Of a stretch of DNA of 64,000 nt, positions 47,062 to 53,290 are shown piece after piece. The number at the start of each line of letters is the position of its first letter. Position 1 is the first letter of the stretch. The DNA is taken from the NCBI GenBank assembly GCA_017556745.1, contig JAFYMF010000010.1, forward strand, positions 92,893 to 156,892. The letters run 5' to 3'. The translations under genes and the position numbers were made by a program. The notes beneath the pieces were generated by a model. The model made no database searches and had not been told where the DNA came from. It was given only the letters and a program-made list of their open reading frames with translations. The DNA is from Clostridia bacterium (lineage in GTDB: Bacteria > Bacillota > Clostridia > Oscillospirales > CAG-272).

Positions 47062-47754
47062 ATGAGCAGATATGCAATCATGCGATTTCAAAAATATAAG
47101 GTGGGTTCGGTCGCAAACATCGAGCGACACCAAAACCACCGTGACCGCCTCCGCAATCGCAAGTACCCAGAGCGAGAGGGCGAAAACTACACTTGGAAAC
47201 GATATGATGAAACAATGACGCAGACAGTCCGCAAAGCGATAAAAGCACAGGAGCAGGAGACTGGGCGAAAAGTCCGCAAGGATGTAAATGTGATATGTGA
47301 GTTGGTGCTGACATTCTCCCCCGAAATGGAACACGAGGTTGATTTAGTGGAATGGATGAAAGCAAACATCCGATGGGTTGGCAGAACATTCGGCAAAGGG
47401 AAAACCTTGAGAGTTGACCTAAACCGAGACGAAACCACCACTCATATACATTGCTTCGTGATAATGACCGATGAGCAAGGGAGATTCAATTCTTCGCGAT
47501 TCTTCAACAAGAAAAAACAAGTCATAGAAATGCAAGACAGTTATGCCGAAGCAATGAAACAATTTGGACTTGAAAGAGGACAGAGCAAGGATATTACTAG
47601 TGCAAGACATAAAACTTTACAAGAATGGAGAACGGAGGAGTGTGAGCGGTTGGAAAAGGAACTTTCTCATATTGCGGATAGAATATTTGCAGATAAACCG
47701 AAAATCGAATACAAAGGAACGATTGATACCGATGTGTTAAATGATGAACGATAA
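47062..47754 (+). CDS. MobV-family (Mob_Pre) relaxase, short form
   Basis: MSRYAIMRFQKYKVGSVANIERHQNHRDR resembles the N-terminus of pMV158 MobM (M..ARMQK.K.G.L....H..R). RDETTTHIHCFV corresponds to the HxDExxPHxH motif. It is only 230 aa. Confidence 0.8.
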   Translation: MSRYAIMRFQKYKVGSVANIERHQNHRDRLRNRKYPEREGENYTWKRYDETMTQTVRKAIKAQEQETGRKVRKDVNVICELVLTFSPEMEHEVDLVEWMKANIRWVGRTFGKGKTLRVDLNRDETTTHIHCFVIMTDEQGRFNSSRFFNKKKQVIEMQDSYAEAMKQFGLERGQSKDITSARHKTLQEWRTEECERLEKELSHIADRIFADKPKIEYKGTIDTDVLNDER

Positions 47755-47811
47755 AAAGGTGCTGTTTTTAACATTTCTCTAAAATGGCTTTACTTTTATG
47801 GGAATATGTGC

Positions 47812-47984
47812 TATAATAGTTATGCCACACAAACCGAATACTTATGCTCGTTTAGGGGGAGATTACCTTGGCAAAAGGTGCTCTCCTTAATCCCCTATGC
47901 GAGTAGAGCGGAGGTTTGTGTGGCAACGAACGAGGATGTAGCACTTTTTCGGTGTGTACGACCTCGGTCGTGCACACTTTTTTT
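47812..47984 (+). ncRNA. Candidate structured RNA or single-strand DNA element: ~100-nt rod-like hairpin with its own promoter-like -10 and terminator
   Basis: TGcTATAAT at 47809-47817. The 12-bp closing helix GCCACACAAACC (47824-47835) / GGTTTGTGTGGC (47913-47924) encloses nested helices CTCG/CGAG, TAGGGG/CCCCTA, GAGA/TCTC and CCTT/AAGG. A 12-bp terminator stem at 47952-47977 is followed by T7. Confidence 0.45.
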
Positions 47985-48004
47985 ATTATACTGGAGGAAA
48001 TCAA

Positions 48005-48706
48005 ATGAAAACCAAAACATTAGTAACACTGTTACTCACAATAGTGATGATACTGTCACTCGCATCTTGTAACAAAAATCAACTAAGCGAACAGCCCACC
48101 GAAACCGAAAATGATATTCCCGAAACTAGCAATCAATCTGTATCCCCAACAGATATCGATGATACAAGTTCTATTACCCCCTTACCTACTGATACGGATG
48201 ATTCAACAGAAACTGCTGATGATAGTATTTTGTATTCTGGTCGAGAAATGTATGAAGAAATCATTTATGCATTTATAGAAGCAGATGATGAACTTTCTAG
48301 AGGTTGGTTCGACAAAGATGCTCAAAATTTAGTTCGGTTAATTAAAGGTGATACTATATCTTCTGATGCATCAGTAACAGATTTATTAAAGGTTTACAGA
48401 GGTTTTGATGATATAATTGAATTTACTGATTATTGTATTAGAGATTTTTTCACTGTGACAAATTCTTATGAATCAACAAATGGTGGTGTATACAATTTTT
48501 TTGAGGCAATAAATCAGTTGGAAGATGAAAAACTAAACAATTGCGATGTTATTAAGACCAATTCGAATGGAAATGTAATAGGTTTTGATTTCGATATTGC
48601 TGGTGGAGATAAGGCAATTGCACAGGCATTGGGAGTAAGCGAAGAATTTGTAAATATTATGATACATGCTGCTTCCGATGCAGGATTCAACGTGACATTT
48701 GATTAG
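48005..48706 (+). CDS. Lipoprotein of unknown function (element cargo)
   Basis: GGAGGAAA RBS. MKTKTLVTLLLTIVMILSLASC signal peptide with lipobox. A T/D/E/S-rich linker is followed by a ~170-aa globular domain. Confidence 0.65.
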   Translation: MKTKTLVTLLLTIVMILSLASCNKNQLSEQPTETENDIPETSNQSVSPTDIDDTSSITPLPTDTDDSTETADDSILYSGREMYEEIIYAFIEADDELSRGWFDKDAQNLVRLIKGDTISSDASVTDLLKVYRGFDDIIEFTDYCIRDFFTVTNSYESTNGGVYNFFEAINQLEDEKLNNCDVIKTNSNGNVIGFDFDIAGGDKAIAQALGVSEEFVNIMIHAASDAGFNVTFD

Positions 48707-48765
48707 TTTACATACAAAAGATATGGGAGAAAAGAAAAATCTCTCATATCTTTTTTAACAATGTT

Positions 48766-49521
48766 TTATTTTTGCTTACATTGAGATAATAATTCTGCAA
48801 GGATATTTTGGAATGGAACAATACTTGCTAATGCTTTTTTACTATCAAACCACCCGTGCATTAGATTGTTTGCTTTACAAAACCACATTGAGGAAATATG
48901 ATTTAGAAAAATATCGTTCTTAATTTTTTCGGTAAAATCATTTGCGTACATTTCGCAAATAGAGCGGATTCCCCAATAATTGTATAAAACTCCTACTGCC
49001 ATTTTTAATGTTTCGAAATCATTTGGAAAATCTGTTTTACTAAATAAATCAATAGCAAGTTGTTGTTTTTCCTCTATGTATTCTAACACTGTTTTACTTA
49101 TTGAAAATGGTTTGATAAGGGTATTCATCGTAAAATTAGGAACATCGTCAATCGTATTTGCTCCAAGTAATTTTACCAACCCTACTTGTGATGCATGGTA
49201 TTCGCTAAATCCTGTAATACCCAAATATATAATTTTATTTCCTTGGGCAAATTGATGTGCATCAAGTATATGGGTAAATTCATGAAAAATCAAAAAATCG
49301 GAATTTAAAACATTTCTATTGACCGTAAGTGTGTGTGAATTTGTATCAACTTTGTAATCTGCGGCAGCAATAGAACCAGCACCAAATGAATCAATCTCGC
49401 TTTGAGATACCTCGTCTATTTTAATCATATATGTAGGGAAATCTTTGATTTCCATAAACCGCATATATTCTTTTTCAAGATTTCTAATTTTTAACTCTAA
49501 TCTATCTATTTTAACTTTCAT
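48766..49521 (-). CDS. HExxH-motif protein (putative zinc metallopeptidase; distant ImmA/IrrE-like?)
   Basis: 251 aa, cytoplasmic. FLIFHEFTHILDAH contains HExxH, with a downstream EYH. It lies 23 nt downstream of the recombinase gene on the same strand. Confidence 0.55.
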   Translation of the reverse strand: MKVKIDRLELKIRNLEKEYMRFMEIKDFPTYMIKIDEVSQSEIDSFGAGSIAAADYKVDTNSHTLTVNRNVLNSDFLIFHEFTHILDAHQFAQGNKIIYLGITGFSEYHASQVGLVKLLGANTIDDVPNFTMNTLIKPFSISKTVLEYIEEKQQLAIDLFSKTDFPNDFETLKMAVGVLYNYWGIRSICEMYANDFTEKIKNDIFLNHISSMWFCKANNLMHGWFDSKKALASIVPFQNILAELLSQCKQK

Positions 49522-49544
49522 TCCTCAAATCTTCCTAACTCATC

Positions 49545-51302
49545 TTAAATCTTTTCAAATCCGTTTTTAGGTGCTTTTCCAAGCATTTCGACAAACTGTT
49601 CTTTTGAAAGAACAGTAAACTCTGCCGTGTAGTCCTCGCCCCTGCCTGTGGTCTTATATTGCAGATAGATAGGCATAGGAATGAACGACAAGTGAAACTC
49701 AAGCAAATTGTCGGGATATACAAAAATCTGCTTTGTCGCTCTCTCATAGTAGACGTCGTTCAAATCATCGGCAGAGAGGTCAACCATTTCTTGCAGTTGC
49801 TTTATGTAGTCCTCGTATATCCGTATCTCTGCTTCAGTAGTGTCTGATATCTGTAAATTTTTCAGTTCGGTCTGCAATTGTTCAAATTCATCATTTACCG
49901 TTACGATTGTTGCTTGATAAGCACTTTCTGGAACAATGCCACTTATCCATCCCTGTGTGAGTTTGGCAAGTTGCTCCTGTTTCTTTGATATTGCCTTTTC
50001 CAATTCTGCGATTTTCGTGGTGTTGTCCTTGGGTTTGGAAAGTTCCTCTATATCCCTTTGCAATTCTGCGAGAATGATGTCTTTGTTCGGGATGAGGTAA
50101 TCTGCCACAATATCATGAACGGCAGTTTTAAGCACTCTGTCATTCACTCTCAAAGCATTACAACCAACAGTAGTGATTTCGCCCGTGTCAAGTGTTATTT
50201 GCTTGTAGCGACCTCTCTGGTGGTTCTCAAAGCATACCCAAGCACGATACGGAATATTCTTCTGCTTCTTTACGTAACTGACATACCGCCGACCGCACAA
50301 ACCGCAGTAAACCTTGCCACTCGTCCAGTATCGGTTGGAGTGCTTCGCCTTGATTTCTTCGCTCGGTGCTTTCTCTTCAAGTATGGTCTGTACCTTGTTC
50401 CAAAGTTCTCGGTCGATGATAGCACTTTCCGGGTGGTGGTCTTGTATGTAAAACATATGTGATTCGCCACGGTTGTATTTCTTTTTATGGGTGAGTGCAT
50501 TTGGTGTATATGTCTTACCTTGTGCCAAATCTCCTACATATTTCTCATTTCGCAGTATACGAAGAATAACGGTATTACTCCAACCGTTTTTGTATCTTTT
50601 TGTGGTTATTCCTTGCTGTTCCAATCGCCTTGCAATACGGTGTGTGCCTTCGCCTGCTGCAAACCATTCGAACATGTTCTTGATGACCTTTGCTTCCTCT
50701 GGAACGATTTCAAAGTGCTGTATACCAAGTTCATCTTTAACAATATTGTAACCGTACATCTCTTTTCGACCGAAAACCGTACCAAGTTCCATCTGTTGTT
50801 GGTGTCCCCATTTGACACGGCGAGATGTTCGCAAACTCTCTTGCTCTGCATTTGTTGCGATTTGAGTGAGTCGCTCTCGATAGTCGTTGCTCTCCGTATT
50901 GATGTCATCCGACAAGAACCAGATATAAACTCCTTTGGCGCGGAGTTCTTCGACAATATTCAAAAGGTGCTGAACATTTCGTGAAAAACGCGAAACCTCT
51001 TTTGTGAGGATGATGTCTATACCGCCACTACGAGCAAGGTGGAGCATACGAATGAAACCATCTCTTTTTTCAAGAGAGGTGCCAGAAAGTCCCTCATCCG
51101 CAAAAATTCCAACATTGCTCCAATTCTTGTGAGAATTGAAATACCGAGCGAAAAACTGCTTTTGTGCTATCAGAGAGTTCTTTTGGTCGCTCTCATCGGT
51201 AGATACACGGCAGTAGGCACAAACACGGTGCGGTTCGTTATCATTTGTTTTGAGTGGTCGTTTTGCGGGTTCTATTACTGTTGTTGTTCCCATTTTGCAC
51301 AT
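49545..51302 (-). CDS. Large serine recombinase
   Basis: The N-terminal resolvase domain carries the catalytic-Ser context AYCRVSTDESDQ. Further features are SRFSRN, a recombinase domain, a zinc-ribbon (CGLCGRRY...WVCFENH...VGC) and a C-terminal coiled coil. 585 aa, as in SpoIVCA/SprA-type enzymes. Confidence 0.9.
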   Translation of the reverse strand: MCKMGTTTVIEPAKRPLKTNDNEPHRVCAYCRVSTDESDQKNSLIAQKQFFARYFNSHKNWSNVGIFADEGLSGTSLEKRDGFIRMLHLARSGGIDIILTKEVSRFSRNVQHLLNIVEELRAKGVYIWFLSDDINTESNDYRERLTQIATNAEQESLRTSRRVKWGHQQQMELGTVFGRKEMYGYNIVKDELGIQHFEIVPEEAKVIKNMFEWFAAGEGTHRIARRLEQQGITTKRYKNGWSNTVILRILRNEKYVGDLAQGKTYTPNALTHKKKYNRGESHMFYIQDHHPESAIIDRELWNKVQTILEEKAPSEEIKAKHSNRYWTSGKVYCGLCGRRYVSYVKKQKNIPYRAWVCFENHQRGRYKQITLDTGEITTVGCNALRVNDRVLKTAVHDIVADYLIPNKDIILAELQRDIEELSKPKDNTTKIAELEKAISKKQEQLAKLTQGWISGIVPESAYQATIVTVNDEFEQLQTELKNLQISDTTEAEIRIYEDYIKQLQEMVDLSADDLNDVYYERATKQIFVYPDNLLEFHLSFIPMPIYLQYKTTGRGEDYTAEFTVLSKEQFVEMLGKAPKNGFEKI

Positions 51303-51552
51303 CCTCTCTCTTAATACCCATAACGTCTCTTATGTACTTCTTGAACTCTTCAACGAAAACTGCTTGTGCTTCCGGTGTCTTAAAAAGTGCATCTGGGTTT
51401 GTAATCACAAAGGTGTGCTCCTTGCTATGTGTATTTACATAGCAAGCATATGATTCTGCGATGTATTTTAGTAATTCATCCTCATTTGTAATTGTGGAAG
51501 CAACCGTGAATTGTTCTGCGGTCATGTACTCTTTATAGTTATAAAAGTCCAT
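51241..51552 (-). CDS. Small hypothetical protein (103 aa), first gene of the recombinase operon
   Basis: GGAGGG RBS lies 6 nt before the ATG at 51552; the track ORF starts further upstream, inside cotJC sequence, which is implausible. Its 3' end overlaps the recombinase start by about 60 nt in another frame. Confidence 0.5.
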   Translation of the reverse strand: MDFYNYKEYMTAEQFTVASTITNEDELLKYIAESYACYVNTHSKEHTFVITNPDALFKTPEAQAVFVEEFKKYIRDVMGIKREDVQNGNNNSNRTRKTTTQNK

Positions 51553-51574
51553 TTTCATCCCTCCTGTCATATCT

Positions 51575-51603
51575 ATTATATCATGCACAATTTTATTCGT
51601 CAA
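51575..51603 (-). promoter_or_regulatory. Near-consensus sigma-A promoter of the recombinase operon, embedded in the right att arm
   Basis: On the minus strand: TTGACG (51603-51598), 17 bp, TGaTATAAT (-10 at 51580-51575). The -35 box ends 2 bp from the GGTA core. Confidence 0.55.
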
Positions 51604-51609
51604 TAGGTA

Positions 51610-52031
51610 CCGAAGAACTCGCCCACCTTGAGATTGTGGCGGCAATACTTCACCAGCTAACACGTGACCTTACCCCCGATCAGATAGCAGGTACTCCTTT
51701 TGCTACATATTTTGTAGATCATACCGCTGGAGTATACCCAGTAGCTGCCTCGGGAGTACCGTTTGATATGAAATACGTAGGAGTAAAGGGCGATCTTCTC
51801 ACCGACCTTAATGAAGATCTTGCGGCAGAACAAAAAGCGAGAACGACCTACGATAATATTCTTCGCCTCGTTGACGATCCTGACGTAAGAGATCCGATAA
51901 AATTCCTTCGTGCGAGAGAGATCGTTCACTATCAGAGGTTTGGCGATGCCCTGCGTATAGCACAGGATAATTTGGACCACAAGAACTTTTACGCTTGCAA
52001 TCCTTCATTTGACAAAAACTGCGGGAAATAA
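51610..52031 (+). CDS. cotJC: cotJC 3' segment (codons 63-202)
   Basis: In-frame (T)EELAHLEIVAAILHQLT...GVPF...LAAEQKARTTYD...FLRAREIVHYQRF is colinear with the CotJC/Mn-catalase C-terminal part. There is no RBS or ATG of its own. Confidence 0.85.
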
Positions 52032-52035
52032 AACA

Positions 52036-52070
52036 AAGAGCAGATGCTTTTGCATCTGCTCTTTCTATTC
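52036..52070 (+). terminator. Rho-independent terminator of the cotJ operon
   Basis: AAGAGCAGATGC tttt GCATCTGCTCTT stem followed by a T-rich tail. Confidence 0.75.
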
Positions 52071-52110
52071 GACATATTGGAATTTATAGACAGAAAGGAA
52101 TACCGCTTTC

Positions 52111-52242
52111 TTACTTATTGTTACCCTTGTTTTTGATTTTACATATCATTTGTGTCATTGTTCCCATTGGGCAGAAAGCACACCAAGAACGAGGCTTAAG
52201 CAACGCCATAACAACAAGGCCAATCAATGTGGATGTGAGCAT
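52111..52242 (-). pseudogene. Possible remnant or small ORF with a 4Fe-4S-protein-like C-terminus
   Basis: The minus-strand frame encodes ...MLTSTLIGLVVMALLKPRSWCAFCPMGTMTQMICKIKNKGNNK*. The R-x-W-C-x-x-C-P-x-G motif resembles membrane 4Fe-4S binding proteins. The open frame extends only ~72 codons and has no convincing start or RBS. Confidence 0.25.
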
Positions 52243-52396
52243 TAAACTGTAAAAACCAAAAGCAAATTGTGCTACCCAGTAGGGAACAAGACCTGCGATA
52301 TTTGAGGAAATTCTTTTTTTGTTTTTTTCTATTGCTTTTTGTATTCGTTAAGTATATAATTGAGTTACATAAAAATAGTAGGAAGGATTTTTTACC

Positions 52397-52993
52397 ATGA
52401 ATAAGGAAAAAATTTATCTTTTTGACGGTTCTGATCTTAATGACTGGACTACCCGTGGTACAGGAGAAATTCCCAACTGGAAGGTAGAGGACGGTATCTT
52501 TACTGTTGGTAACGGTGATATCATTTCTAACTATCAGTTCGGTGATGCACATATTCACGTTGAATTCAGAACTCCCGATATGCCCGAGGCAACCGGACAG
52601 GGCAAGGGTAACAGTGGTGTGTATGTACACGGTTGTTACGAGATTCAGGTTCTTGATTCCTACGGTATTGAGGAGCCCCAGAGTAACGATTGTTCCGGTA
52701 TATATAAAATGCATACCCCTCTTTTCAATGCATGCCTTCCTCCTATGGAGTGGCAGACATATGATATAATCTTCCGTGCGCCTCGTTTCAATAAGTACGG
52801 CGAGATTGCTGAAAACAGCAGAGTCACCGTTATTCAGAACGGAATTGTTGTTCACAACAACGTTGATCTTATCAGTGTTACTCCCGGTGGAATCACCGAC
52901 GGTAAGAGACCCGAGCGCGGTCCTCTTATGCTTCAGGATCACGGCAATGCAGTTTCATACAGAAACGTTTGGGTTATGCCTCTTAGCGAGTAA
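52397..52993 (+). CDS. DUF1080 (3-keto-disaccharide hydrolase-like) domain protein
   Basis: 198 aa. LFDGSDLNDW...W.VEDG...GNSGVY..YEIQVLD...GPLMLQDHGN.V.YRN(V)W pattern. Confidence 0.85.
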   Translation: MNKEKIYLFDGSDLNDWTTRGTGEIPNWKVEDGIFTVGNGDIISNYQFGDAHIHVEFRTPDMPEATGQGKGNSGVYVHGCYEIQVLDSYGIEEPQSNDCSGIYKMHTPLFNACLPPMEWQTYDIIFRAPRFNKYGEIAENSRVTVIQNGIVVHNNVDLISVTPGGITDGKRPERGPLMLQDHGNAVSYRNVWVMPLSE

Positions 52994-53013
52994 AATTAAA
53001 AAACGCAGGATTT

Positions 53014-53274
53014 TGAAGTGAACCCAAAAGTTTAGACAAAATTAAATATTAAATTGCTTGTGAATGAGCTCGGTATTGAACTGGGCTCATTCCTTTTAAT
53101 TTGAGAGAAATTCTCTCGTTGTTGTAGTAATGTATGTATTTCCCAAGTGGTTGTCTCGCATATCCATTATAACATGAATTTTGAATTCTGCCGAGTATTT
53201 TTTGTTTTTTCTGCCTGTTTTGCCCATAAAAAATATGCACCTCCAAAAGTGTCTAACTTTTGAGATGCATATCA
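53014..53274 (-). mobile_element. Internally deleted IS3-family (IS150-like) remnant, 261 bp
   Basis: Terminal inverted repeats TGAAGTGAACCCAAAAGTTTAGACA (53014-) and TGATATGCATCTCAAAAGTTAGACA (complement of -53274). The interior fuses an OrfA-like start (MGKTGRKNKKYSAEFKIHVI) to an OrfB C-terminal end (YIHYYNNERISLKLKGMSPVQYR). Flanked by TTT/TTT. Confidence 0.7.
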
Positions 53275-53290
53275 TTTTTCCTGCGTTTTT

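Larger units (their letters stand above)
43950..51609. mobile_element. Integrated 7,656-bp element interrupting cotJC (serine-recombinase intervening element / integrative mobilizable element)
   Basis: An identical GGTA core lies at 43950-43953 and at 51606-51609. The flanks are the two halves of cotJC. The element carries a large serine recombinase, a MobV relaxase and an orphan methyltransferase, with no capsid or terminase genes. Confidence 0.85.

Noticed and set aside
47824-47924. Retron msr/msd interpretation of the hairpin closed by 12-bp inverted repeats
   Set aside because: There is no reverse transcriptase gene in the element or nearby, and the downstream gene is a lipoprotein. The retron reading is therefore unsupported.
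43950-51609. Prophage interpretation of the cotJC insert
   Set aside because: I recognise no terminase, portal, capsid, tail, holin or lysin genes. The size (7.7 kb) and the MobV relaxase fit an integrative mobilizable element or a highly reduced element instead.
52196-52942. 248-aa minus-strand ORF
   Set aside because: It is antisense to the DUF1080 gene, which has strong family motifs, and its 5' half has no independent support. Only its extreme 3' neighbourhood is discussed separately, in a different frame (52111-52330).
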